A DNA stretch of 60,592 nt, the filler included, from Circinaria calcarea (Eukaryota), in NCBI GenBank assembly GCA_051942165.1. It is 12 parts of 12 records of this genome, joined end to end, with 100 filler letters (N's around TTAATTAATTAA, not from the genome) between each part and the next. Parts side by side here need not be neighbours in the genome. Positions count along the whole stretch, not along the records: positions 20,264 to 25,225 come from JAVECS010002103.1; positions 25,326 to 30,286 come from JAVECS010002104.1; positions 30,387 to 35,346 come from JAVECS010002105.1; positions 35,447 to 40,405 come from JAVECS010002106.1; 8 more parts are not named here. One strand, 5' to 3'. The notes under the pieces are model-generated. The model saw only the letters and a program-made list of their open reading frames with translations. It searched no databases and had not been told where the DNA came from. This document shows, in pieces, positions 24,501 through 36,073 of the stretch. The position numbers and the translations under genes were made by a program. Each line of letters starts with the position of its first letter. The stretch's first letter is position 1.

Positions 24501-24965
24501 GGCCACTAAGCCGCATTCATCAACTTATCGCTAACTACCTCGCCAAAATTTTACGGCACGACTTGTGATATCCATGAAATCCACACCGCCTAAAATGAGC
24601 AGAGTGCATCTCCAACTCCCTAGCTACGCCATTACACCTTGGCAGCATGACTTACGATGTCCATTGAATCCATACCGCTTGTTAGCAATACGAACTATGT
24701 GTTCCTGGAGTCACTATTGGGAAGAGCTATTGCAGCCACTTCCCCACACTCACAATGAAAGCTTGACCGAGTCTTTGCGTTTCCATGCATACGAAGGTCT
24801 ATATAAGAGTCCATTGTTATGCTACCTCTTCCCTTCTCTCCATCATCACCTCCAACTCCATTGATACTATCAGTCACACTCCTGCAATCCCCAATTCCCC
24901 CTTTTCTTTCAAACACCTTATTGGACCTAAGGTTTTCTGAAGCTATCTATCCATCTCGCGACATT

Positions 24966-25225
24966 ATGCCATCTGCCATTTCGGCGCCTGTTCCGACAGC
25001 TGTCGGCAATCAGTCGATTGTTGCTAAGAAACCCACCCCGAGGCCGACTCCACAGCCCAAAGATGTCAAGGTCGGTGTTTGGAACCTTCGCAGCACCGAG
25101 TTTACAGAGATCGAGGCTCCAGACAACACCGAGTCTCTATTCTCCGGTGGCCCTGGCGAAAGCGTTGTCGGGGAGGATAATCGGACCAAAGTCAACAAGA
25201 AAGATCTCATGCCTGGTGGCAAGTA
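24966..25225 (+). CDS. N-terminus of a probable trypsin-like (V8/glutamyl endopeptidase-type) serine protease, 3'-truncated
   Basis: ATG 24966 downstream of TATATAA (24800..24806); ...ESVVGEDNRTKVNKKDLMPGGK(Y) resembles the E/SVIGxDxR mature N-terminus of V8-type proteases; the catalytic domain lies beyond the contig end. Confidence 0.45.
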
Positions 25226-25325
25226 NNNNNNNNNNNNNNNNNNNNNNNNNNNNNNNNNNNNNNNNNNNNTTAATTAATTAANNNNNNNNNNNNNNNNNNN
25301 NNNNNNNNNNNNNNNNNNNNNNNNN
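25226..25325. other. Artificial contig linker
   Basis: N44-TTAATTAATTAA-N44. Confidence 0.99.
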
Positions 25326-25700
25326 GATTATTATATATACCAATCGGAAGCCTATTTATAATAATTAATAATTAATAAAAATATTAAGTAATTTTTATAA
25401 TTATATAAAACCCCACCGACGCAGATATAAATATTATAAAAATTATCGGATTTATATAGAGATTTAATAATTATAGAAAATCGCTCCGTTCTATAAATTA
25501 TTATATAAAATAATCAGAAGCTTATTTAAGGTCTATTTAGAATAACCAGCGGTCGATTAAAATATTAAATAACCTTCATGGCCATATAAGAACCCCACCG
25601 ACACGTGGATAAGCACCGTGAAGGTTGCCGGGCTTATATACAGACTCAGCGTCTGTAGGGGGACTTCCACCCCCTACAGATCGGCGCACGTCAACCGGAA
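25326..25700. repeat. About 182-bp tandem repeat, first copy heavily C>T/G>A mutated (RIP-like)
   Basis: Anchor CCCCACCGAC at 25411 and 25593; the copies differ mostly by transitions towards A/T. Confidence 0.8.
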
Positions 25701-26190
25701 ACACACTGGAGTTATTGCCTAATAATCAGCGATTAATCAAAGAGGGCTACAGTCTATGAAGTAGCTACGTGGAAGTTTACCGAGCTCGAAAAGAAAAACC
25801 TCTTTCTGCCTGCGATAATCGGAAGGCCGCTGTTTTTGCCCAGCGGCCAGCAACCATCGACAAACGGGAGCCTATCGGGTGAGCGATAGCCAGCAACCAA
25901 AAATAATAAGCGGAAGCCTATTCATCGAAGAATAATCAGCAACCAAAAACACTTCCGGAAGCTTGTCACATGATAACAACTTCTATCAGCGGCCGACTCA
26001 TAGTCAGTAAGGTTCTCCTCGGAGTACCACAGAGGTGCTTTAGGCACAGTAAATCATGAGGGCAATGCCCGAAAGCTTGAAGCTGCGGCGGATAGCGAGA
26101 AGCCCGCATGTATTTCGGGTCTTCAATTAGAGGCATAAACACAGCGACCAGCGGTAGCCATTAAGGCGAATAAATTAATCATTCAATCAA

Positions 26191-26586
26191 AAGCTGCTCC
26201 GCCGTGAGATCGTAGTAACAGAACAGATGGACATGCATCTTGTATGGACCACAAATCGAATGTTCATCAAGCCCATTCCCCGTGTCCTCCTAGAACCGCG
26301 GTTTTGGGTGGATCATTTGAGTTGTGCGCCGGGATGTACCTGTTCGGCAACCTCATCCAAAAACATGGGACAGCAATAAGCTGTGGGATGTGAGCAGGCT
26401 CAGCTTCGGAAATGCGCGCTAGGATTCTTGCTGTCTTACGCTGCGCTGGTCTCTCACGAGAGCGACCTCTTCACTGCACAAGAGAGCCATCTGCTGCCGG
26501 AAAAGTTACCCTGGCTCAGCTGGAAGATATTCGTCCAGCAAGTTCTCAATCAAGAATCTCACATCAACAAGCGGTTCATATACGGT
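26191..26586 (+). pseudogene. DUF6601-like gene fragment
   Basis: LLRREIVVTEQMDMHLVWTTNRMFIKPIPRVLLEPRFW...ALGFLLSYAALVSHESDL...INKRFIYG; in-frame TAA at 26377..26379; no start codon and the conserved C-terminal half is absent. Confidence 0.75.
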
Positions 26587-27121
26587 AACAATATCAGCCA
26601 TTACTATACTGGATGGGAACAACATCGCTTGACTGCCGAGCAGCTCAAGATTATATTTCCTTTTCCTATTGCTCGCCCACAACGCCAACCAACCGCCAAA
26701 GAAAGGAGGCTCTGGAAGGGTCGGGTATGGCCATCGGCGCCGCCGGAGGTAGAGGGAGTGGAGGAGAAAGCAGTCGGACAGCAATCGGAGCCCCACGGTT
26801 TTGAAGATGAGGGGGTGGAGGGGGTAGAGGAGTCGGAGGGCAGGAGGTAATGCCCTGTGCTGTTTAAGGTCGTACAAGCTCATCAAGCAACGCTTAAAGG
26901 CCGCGCTAATCAGTACTGTTACACAGTATGTGGCAAAGTGGACAGCCTGACGACAAGCACTATCAGCCTGAGTTCTTCGGAACGTGGACTTGCCTGATTG
27001 GATATCCAGATTGACATGCATAAGCCTAGTACCATGACGGGGTAGTCTTGTCGACGACAACGACACTGCATAGCAACAACTGCTTTGGCATCCAGTATAT
27101 TCCTCAACCTTCATTTGCATC

Positions 27122-27244
27122 ATGGCTGACCCCACCTCGGCTGCAGGAACCGCCGTTGGAGTTGTTTCCGTCGGTATACAAGTCAGTCAAGGCCTGCTAT
27201 CTTACTACGTGGCAACAACAAGAATCGCACTGCCTTTGAAATAG
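27122..27244 (+). pseudogene. Isolated N-terminal helix of a HeLo-like/SesA-type domain of fungal STAND proteins
   Basis: MADPTSAAGTAVGVVSVGIQVSQGLLSYY then loss of similarity and TAG at 27242; overlaps the start of the ankyrin frame out of phase. Confidence 0.65.
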
Positions 27245-27270
27245 CATGTAATGCAAAACAGAGAGAGGTC

Positions 27271-29106
27271 GTGACGAAATTGCTTGAGCGAAATGATTCC
27301 GTAGATGGAACAGTTGAGCGAAATGATTCCGTAAATGGAATAGTTGAGAAGCCCACCCTCCTCCATACCGCAACTCTGCACGGTCGTAAGGAGGTAGTGG
27401 AACTTTTACTACTAAATCCAAACCTGGATGTCAACAACGCCCAGAACGCGAACGGAAATACCCCAATGCATCTGACTGTTGTATTGCGAGATGACACAAT
27501 AGTGAGATGGCTTTTGAATCGAGGCGCAGATACCGGTATGTTGGATATCCGCCTGCAAACTCCATTGCATTTAGCTGTTATTTCTGGCACCTCAAACATG
27601 GTTGAGCTGTTACTTCAAAGGCGAGTCGACTTCCATGCCAAGGATCAAACTGGTATGACCCCTCTGGAACTGGCAGAGAAAAGAGGGTGTCTGGATATTA
27701 TAAGATTACTGACCTGCCCTTCGGGCCAAAAGCCCTTATTACACATGAAAGTATTGGCGGCAGATGAGATTGCAGTTAAACAGCTACTCGAGCTAAACAC
27801 TGATGTCGATGTTAGGGACGAATACGAGCGGACTTCCTTGCACCTAGCTTCTACAAAAGGAAATGTTGAAATTACCAAGCTGCTACTGGCCTGGATGGCC
27901 AAGGTTGAGCTTAAAGAAATAGTGTTTGAGCACACGCCTTTGCACATAGCTGCTCTGACAGGGAGTGTGAATATCATAGAGCTGCTTTTGAGTCATGCAG
28001 CAGATGTACACGCCGTAGACAAAAATAAGCGGACTGCTCTGCACCTAGCAGCTAAAGACGGATGGGCCCTAGTAAATAGACTGCTCCTAAGTCACGGCGC
28101 AGAAATCGAGTCCACGGACAAACATGGCCAGACGCCGTTACATTTAGCCGCAGCGAGTGGAGCTGAGCAGGTGGTCGAGCTACTTCTGAGCAAGGGTGCC
28201 AACGCGCAGGCTAAAGACTTGCCTGACCAAATACCATTGCACCTAGCGGCTTCATCGACGGATAAGACAGTAGTCAGTATGCTACTGGTTGAAACCAAAG
28301 ATGTTGATGCTGCAAACTTCCTGTCCGAGACTCCACTCCATCTAGCAGCTTCAGCGGGCAACACGGGGGCGATCAAGCTTCTACTGGAGCAAGGTGCAGA
28401 TCCGCGGACGACATGTTACGGTGAACTCACAGCAGCACACCTGGCGTCCAGAGCAGGATCTTCCTCCGCTGTAGAACTGCTTGCCGATGCAGGGGCGGAC
28501 TTCGATGCTAGAGATGACTTGGGAACAACGCCGTTACATCTCGCCGCCGAACAAGGTCAAACCCATGTGGTTGAGCTACTGCTTCGCTCAAAACTAAGTT
28601 TAGATATTAACGCTACGAATGATAACGGTCTTTCACCGCTTCATCTAGCAGTCCAAAGGGGTAGAACGGACGTAATCAATATACTGCTGGACCACATGGC
28701 AGACGTCAATGCTTCTGGAACTCTATCTGGGCTGACACCGCTGCATTCAGCATCCGACGCTGATATAGTAGAGATACTTCTGGATCGGGAGGCCAATATC
28801 AATGCCTTGGACAGCGCTGGCGAAACCGCATTGCATATGGCCTGCGAAAGGGGTTTCTTGCATGTTGTCCAGTTACTCTCGAGACGAGATATAGATGTGC
28901 TGATCAGAAACAATGCCGGGGAGACCGCCTTGGACGTTGCAAAGCAGCGTCTCAACGACTTCCGCGTCGGAGATGAATTAGAAGACGATGATGCAGATCC
29001 CGACGAGACCTTAGAGTTGCAGCTGGAGGTTAGGGACGCCAAAGAAATCATCACGTTATTGGAGTCTGCCTACGGTTCTCTTCTTCTGCAACTCAATCAT
29101 AGCTAA
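27271..29106 (+). CDS. Ankyrin-repeat protein (about 17 repeats, acidic C-tail); true start unresolved
   Basis: Repeated TPLHLAA/TALHLAA..VVELLL motifs over 611 codons; the ORF begins at GTG, with no in-frame ATG until codon 67. Confidence 0.85.
   Translation: MTKLLERNDSVDGTVERNDSVNGIVEKPTLLHTATLHGRKEVVELLLLNPNLDVNNAQNANGNTPMHLTVVLRDDTIVRWLLNRGADTGMLDIRLQTPLHLAVISGTSNMVELLLQRRVDFHAKDQTGMTPLELAEKRGCLDIIRLLTCPSGQKPLLHMKVLAADEIAVKQLLELNTDVDVRDEYERTSLHLASTKGNVEITKLLLAWMAKVELKEIVFEHTPLHIAALTGSVNIIELLLSHAADVHAVDKNKRTALHLAAKDGWALVNRLLLSHGAEIESTDKHGQTPLHLAAASGAEQVVELLLSKGANAQAKDLPDQIPLHLAASSTDKTVVSMLLVETKDVDAANFLSETPLHLAASAGNTGAIKLLLEQGADPRTTCYGELTAAHLASRAGSSSAVELLADAGADFDARDDLGTTPLHLAAEQGQTHVVELLLRSKLSLDINATNDNGLSPLHLAVQRGRTDVINILLDHMADVNASGTLSGLTPLHSASDADIVEILLDREANINALDSAGETALHMACERGFLHVVQLLSRRDIDVLIRNNAGETALDVAKQRLNDFRVGDELEDDDADPDETLELQLEVRDAKEIITLLESAYGSLLLQLNHS
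27284..27348 (+). repeat. 30-bp in-frame tandem duplication (ERNDSVDGTV/ERNDSVNGIV)
   Basis: ttgagcgaaatgattccgtagatggaacag / ttgagcgaaatgattccgtaaatggaatag / ttgag. Confidence 0.9.
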
Positions 29107-30286
29107 GTAGTCTCCCTTCTGCTTACAAAAATCATATTACAACTAGATAGAGCAGGCGTGTGCCAGGAATAAGAAAAAAAATCCAAGCGGAACAACTTGA
29201 TACTACGATATTTTCAAAAAGAACTCGACTCCGGAACCCGTATTTGACCGAGGCGGACTTTGAGCGACAGGGGATGGGGAGGGGAAGGAAAGGTTGCAAA
29301 TGATGCCGGGTCGTTTTGAGTTGGTTTGGGAGGTAAAAAAATGGTGTTCGATGGTGGAAGTGTTCAATAAATAAAAAAAGGCCCCGGGGAAGGGGGGGGG
29401 GACCGGAAGTAAGTTGGTCGGGTTGGAATATAGAGACCTGCGTTGTTACTGGTACAGCGGACGCACACATAGCAGAGGTTTTCTGCTATGCAGTTCCGTA
29501 GTCAAGTCCATACATATAGATGTTAGTTGCCGTAGCCAATACAGCCTGTTCCACCCTGTATTACCATCTATTATTTCATAGGGGCTTTAGTTTAAACGTA
29601 GGCCCTCTGTTTGTTTATATATATACAACGAATGTTTATCTCAGTAGACCTTTTTCCACCAAATCCCAATACCAATACCAGCACGTACGGTGAATCGTAT
29701 GTGAATATGGTACTATAATAAGGTATCGTAGGCCCCGTTCACCCACCCATTTGGTCTGGTCTGGTCGTTGACGATATCGGTATTGGTATCGGTATTAGGG
29801 TTGAGGTAGCGGTACCGGGAGTCGGGGTTCTGTACAATGATAACCCCTTGGGAAAGTTAACGAAATGCCCTTCCCGGGACTGTACTGTACTGTACTGTAG
29901 AATTGCTATTGAACAATTCAAGTCGTTTAGGGTCTAGATGTGCAGTGTCGGTATTGGGACTGCGGATGGGGAGGGGGAGATGCTGCTCTTCCTGAACGTT
30001 TGGAGTTTAACATCAGAGTATCAGAACTATGATAAGAATAGGGGCTGAGTTAGGTTGAGGAGTAAATATATCGAGGGAAAGGAGGTTCAGCTGGGTCTGA
30101 GTCTGGGTCTGGGTTGGAATGGGGGAGTTGGTCTTGTCTGATTGGGGTAGTGAGGGAGGGAGAGTAGCTTGGTGAGGGAAATATCTGGTGTGAGAGTGGA
30201 GGGTTAGTTGGGAGGTTGGGGAGTGTGGGTAGCTTGGTGAGGGAGTGAAAAGGGTTAGTGAGGAGGGTAGTGAGGGAGGGTAGTGA

Positions 30287-30386
30287 NNNNNNNNNNNNNN
30301 NNNNNNNNNNNNNNNNNNNNNNNNNNNNNNTTAATTAATTAANNNNNNNNNNNNNNNNNNNNNNNNNNNNNNNNNNNNNNNNNNNN
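30287..30386. other. Artificial contig linker
   Basis: N44-TTAATTAATTAA-N44. Confidence 0.99.
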
Positions 30387-31696
30387 TCGTGAAGAAGTTT
30401 TCTTCGTCATCGTCGTCGTCATCGTCGTGAGCGGTAACGGTCTGATTCTTCTTGCCAAGTTCCGCCGCCCTCTGTTTTACCTTTGTTTGGCCGCCTTTCG
30501 CAGGCCTTGGGAATCGTGGGCCGCCCTTCGGAGTGAGTTAGCAGTGGATCGTAGTATCTCACCTACAAGGAATTCCTCACAGTTGGTTTTGCAAAGCCAG
30601 AACGGGAGATTGTTACGTCAAAAGACTCGCTAGCGACTGTGGACGGTGCACGGTATCGGGAATGAGCGACCCCAGAGGGATCGTAGCCAGTAAAGGTAGT
30701 TCCGACCTTGGGTTTTGCCGAGTTCTGGGAAACCCACACTGTACCTGCAGGTCCGACCTCCGATTCCGTACCCGTCGTACTTGCCCAATCCGCCCACTGT
30801 TGCGGGTTCGATGCGCTGGTGGATGCCTCGCCCCCATTATACGGTTGTGGAGTACCTGGATTTGACGTGCTGAACTTGAAATCTTCAGAGAAGCCGGTCC
30901 TACTCTGCTCGTTGTGCTTTTGTAGGGGGCTCGAACTGCTGGGCTTCACTATTTTGTCACGACTCCCGGAGTCTAGGGTGATGTCATCCTAGAATAAATG
31001 ATCAGCAATGTTGCTGTCAAGAGATATGCACGGTGCAACTTGCATTGTCAGAGTAGGGGTTGCTGTCACTCGACCTGTCGGAACCTGGGACATCTTCGAG
31101 ACCCGGCTCAACAGCGAGTATGTCTTCCACGCACATAATACATCTCTTGGATTCGTTGTTAGTAGAGATGGATTAGATAAGTTGATGGAAGATTATACTT
31201 ACAGCTTTGTCCGGATCACGACGCTGAGCCTTCGTGAAACCCTCCAAACCCTTCGTGGTGTCACAGATGATACAGGTCATTTCCATGGTCTGTTGACCAG
31301 TACAGGCACGGCATTTGATAGCGCCTTTGTTGCTGGCTGTACTCAAGTTCTTCCCGAACATCATTATCTTGTAGCGAAGGTCCGACAGCTGCTTCTTGGA
31401 GTACTGTTCAGTCGATTTGACCCGGTTACAGTCCTCACATCGAACGCTGGCGTGGTGGGCGGGCTTGTTAGCTGGTCTTTCAAGATCTGTAGTTGGCCAG
31501 ATGGTCTTACGTAGGAGGCAATTCGACCTTGGCCATCCTTTCCGCCGTGTTAGCCCAACTTTGAATGATATCGGTGTAACGACATTTGCCAGGCTTTCAT
31601 CTGAACCTTTGACTTGTTGTGAAGGAAAAAGGATAGGACTCACTTGGCTGCTGTGATTTCGCTGTAGCCTCCACCGTGCAAACCCTTGGCAGGCAT
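30387..31696 (-). CDS. Stc1-domain zinc-finger protein, 3' end cut by the contig edge
   Basis: Exons 31696..31644 and 31537..31511 lead into RCEDCNRVKSTEQYSKKQL..IKCRACTGQQTMEMTCIICDTTKGLEGFTKAQRRDPDKA/RCIMCV (four CxxC, Stc1 pattern); acidic tail. Confidence 0.8.
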
Positions 31697-34600
31697 CTTG
31701 AGGTGAAGTGGACGGGAGGTCGAGGACTGTTCAATGTCGTACGTCTGTATGAAAGAAGATACCGCCAATTCAAATGAAGAGTTGATTGATGAAAGGTAAG
31801 GAGCTGGGAGGTGGAAGAAGCAGATTGAATTGTAGATTTGAGCTGGCTAGGTACAGTGAATCAAGACTTCCTTGAAATGGTGAATTAAGGAAAGCGGGTG
31901 GCAGTATGTGATGGCAGATGAACTTCATCTGCACTTCCAACGTTACCGTCAATCCCTTGACGTTGAGCCACAATTCCCGTCTGCGAATAAGATTTAAAAA
32001 GAACGTTAGATCCACGAACGGAACAAGATCATAGTTTCGAGCAAACACCTCTGATCTCGTTTCTGGATAAACTGTAACACGTGACACGGTTAAGCGAAGT
32101 AGGGTCTGGGAATGAATCACATTTTGGCGGAAAAGGCAAAGGATCAACAGCCTTTCCCCTAAGACTGTCCTTCGTAGGTACCATGTCGACCTTCTTATCG
32201 TAAGAACCTCATCCAAACTGATGGGGTTGAAATGTAGCAAACAGAAGCAGGGCTCCGGAGTTGATGTAGCCGGCCGAGGACCTGGGAATGCAGGGAGATG
32301 TATTATTCTCATCTCTTCTTTCTCATCTCAACTTTTAACTGTCAGCCTTGTTCATCTGACGACTACATCTGAGGCAGTAAAATGGCCCACTTGTAGCGGT
32401 TCATGCTCTACAGGCGAAAGGCAACGGGTGGGCGAACTTCCTTGATACTCTGATAGTATTCTCCACTGTTCTATAAAACCAAGTGGCAGTTTCGCACAAG
32501 AGCGTGGGTGCAATGACTTATTGTCGTATCGACAGTCAAAACGAAGAGTGGTTCGAAGACGAAACGCACGAAAGACACAGGAGATGAGTGTCAGTTCTAC
32601 CTAGACAAACAGTTGCGTAAAAGGGATTTTCAAGAGTAGTTCAACCCCCTCCGCCTTTCGCATAATTCATATCACCACATTATCCATCGCATTTCGTTGT
32701 CTTATTGGGCCATCGGTACATTGGAACACCTTCGGTCATTATTGCGTTTGGATTTTGGGGGGGGGTTAATGAGAAAGAAGCAGAAACCAGAATGATATCA
32801 TCATCATCATCATCATCACCCCTGGCGGCGGTCCTGCACTTTGCCCGATGATTGGATCTGAAATGCGAGCTTCCAGAAATAGGCGGAGCAAACCATTTCG
32901 GTGGGTTCCCGCTCTCCCCGGCGTAAGCTTTTGCGCTGACAGCTAGCCAACGAGCTACGGCGACATCGTACCAATCGACGCTCATTTCCCCACTCCACTT
33001 GGACCCTCCACCAATTGGGTAGTCAGGAACAGGAAAGGCAACAGGGATGTGAAGGAGAGTTCGAAACAAGGGCTCTCACACGAACCTTGGCCGGATCAAT
33101 GATGGTCCACGGTAGCATTGGGTCCCACAACGTGTCTCGGCGGGTCGGCCCAGCATATGAGGCAGGGAACGGCAGTGCAAGTAGCGTTGCACAAAACTTG
33201 GAAAAGGGGCTGCATTGGCGTGATGCAGATGGATGCAGCATCAAGGAATGGTGCGAGATGACTGCACCCCGGTCGTCCTGCACGAGCGACAGCAGAAAGC
33301 AGGAAGCAGGAAGCTGGAAGCTGGAAGCAGAGCGCGCGACCTTCTCACGGCTGTGCGCTTGACAATGGGAAGAGTAATAGCAGCTCGGATATCTGGGTGC
33401 TTAGAAGGGGTGGGCCGTACTCATTACGTAGGCTTTTCTTTCACACGCCTTGGGGGGATCACAGAGAAGAGGGGGGGGTTGCACATTCATAATCGTATCC
33501 GGCAATCCATAAAGCCGCCCCGGTACGGAGGACGGAGTAGTTGTTACCTTATGCATACGGAGGATTGATTAAGACATCTACTTAGCGCAAGAGGCTTTTT
33601 GATAATTGGTAATGACTAGCGACGACTTGGAGCATTGATGACGGCCCAAATCTAAATGGCCCCATGCCCATCACCCATGCCCCATGCTCTGGCTGGTGCG
33701 TCAAGAAAAAAAGGAGGAGCGTGGTAGGTAACTCCGTAGGGCCCTTCTCTCCGTCCGCCGTAAGCAGCAAGTCCAACGTTTCCACGCGATTTTGGCCTCC
33801 ATTCCTCTCCGGCGACTTAGGTCCCTACACATCATCACCGCCCAATCGTGACCCGACCCCGACTGTCCTTTTGATCGTTCACAGCGCACAACTCTCCTTT
33901 CCATCAAATCATCTCACCGCCTCACTCCTTTACTGCTGCTGATCGCCATTCTCGAATCCGTTAGTGCGCTTCCCACTCGACAGACCTACAGTAGCCTTTG
34001 GGCCTACCAACATTGCTGACAGCTCTTTGGCAGTAAACATTCACGCATCTTGCCTCTCCATCCTACGCGCTGCCGTCCCGACCCTTTCGTCCACATCCTG
34101 CCAGATACTCCACATTCTTCCCTTTCGATAATCCGATCTAGAATATAACCTCAGCCCAAGGAAGCTACCAAGCTCCCAAAAACCTCACTGAGACACCGTG
34201 CCTCTTCCTGTGCGACCTGGGCCTTGCACGTCTCGGATGTGAGCTTCGGTATGGTCCACTGAGTTGAGCTGCTGGGAATCTGCGGCGCATCTACAATCGG
34301 GGCAGATTAGACGAAAGATCAAGCTTGACTCACCAGAAACATTTGTTATCCATCTCACAGACCTGTCTGGGGAAGCAGAGAACATTTCAGGATTCAGCTG
34401 TTGGTACTCTCCCACATTACTTCCGACCATACCAACGGACATAAATCACGATCCAGAAGGCTGATTGCGGCCTACCGCATACGACATATCACTGACCGCT
34501 TGAACTGATGCACGCCTCCTCAACCAAATCTTCACAACAGTAGCGCGCAGAATGCCAATCCACTTCTCCAGCAACGCCTCTGGTTACAATCGATGCTGAG

Positions 34601-34750
34601 CTGCCGGTCTTTACATCATCCTACATCAGTCCAAATTTAGAACTGGCAGTTCGTCGTTCACGTTCAGCTCTCAAGAGACGACTCCTGTTTCTTTGGCTCC
34701 GAATCCAAGTCTGAGCATAACTGCTTTTCTCGTACCTTTAGAGTCCCACC

Positions 34751-35346
34751 ATGGCAATAATGAACGAACATCCGCAACGGGGCTCGTCTCACGGGGCCAT
34801 GTCTTCTACATGCCTGGAAGATAAGTTTGAAATCATCAAGGATATTGGTGATGGGAGTTTCGGAAGTGTTGCTTTGGCTCGTGTCCGGACTGCTGGATCT
34901 CATATCGCTCGTCGGGGAACAATGGTATTGCAGTCTCTGATTGGTAGTACATTTGACAGCTAATCTGGTATCAGGTCGCTATCAAGACAATGAAAAAGAC
35001 CTTCGAATCTTTCGCACCGTGTCTAGAGTTGCGAGAGGTGATCTTTCTTCGAACTCTTCCTACACATATTCATCTCGTCCCGGCTCTTGACATATTTCTC
35101 GATCCATTGACAAAGAAGCTACACATATGCATGGAATACATGGATGGAAACCTCTACCAGCTAATGAAAGCTAGAGATCACAAGTGTCTCGATGGAGCGA
35201 CTGTAAAAAGCATACTCTTCCAAATACTCGCTGGACTCGATCACATTCACGCCCACAACTTTTTCCATCGAGATATCAAGCCGGAAAATATCCTCGTGTC
35301 GACGACCGCACCCTATGACTCAGGCATATCACTCAAAAGGTATTCT
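34751..35346 (+). CDS. ime2: Ime2/MAK-family CMGC protein kinase, 3'-truncated
   Basis: LEDKFEIIKDIGDGSFGSVALAR, intron 34925..34974, VAIKTMKK, LELREV, MEYMDGNLYQLMKAR, FFHRDIKPENILV. Confidence 0.92.
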
Positions 35347-35446
35347 NNNNNNNNNNNNNNNNNNNNNNNNNNNNNNNNNNNNNNNNNNNNTTAATTAATT
35401 AANNNNNNNNNNNNNNNNNNNNNNNNNNNNNNNNNNNNNNNNNNNN
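35347..35446. other. Artificial contig linker
   Basis: N44-TTAATTAATTAA-N44. Confidence 0.99.
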
Positions 35447-36073
35447 TGCGGAGGGCGGAGGATTGAGAGGTCCGGCCGTTTGCCATTTCCGATTCGCTTA
35501 ATCCCCTGCAATTGAAATTAAGCCGGCCTAGTCAAATGTGGCACGCCCTCACAAGGATCCAACCTCCAGCGGCCCTTTCCTCTTTGCTGCTTCGAACGTC
35601 AACTTACCTTACACACACGCTACCTTTTCGATCTCTTCACCACTTCCCCAGAGGATCCCTATCCTTCCTCGTACCGACACCCTCTAGAGAGCCATTCTCC
35701 TGTATACGTCGCCCTAAACCACTTCTACTACAGAAGCATCCGCTATTCCCCGTTTTTCATTACCTCGCTTCAGGCGGCGGGCGCATTGAGAAGGCCGAGC
35801 AGTCCAGACCGGACTCACCCTCGCGGTTCCGCCAACGACAACACCAACCAACGCGACCCATTCCCGTCTATTGCAGCTGGTGTACCGCGTGCCGCCAATG
35901 ATCAAAAGGAGGTTGAGTTTGTAGGAAGATCACGCTTATGAGGCCCGAAGTCCGGTTGTGCGCGAAAAGACCTCGAATTGCGCTCCGGCCGCGATCAAGA
36001 GAGCAGTGCCCTGGTTGTTGGAAAGCTGCGACGGAGTCATCGCTGCCTCCCAGAGGCCGTTGGATCGCCCCAC

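Noticed and set aside
30040..30286. G-rich contig end as telomeric repeat
   Set aside because: No tandem TTAGGG; only low-complexity GA/GT sequence with short duplications
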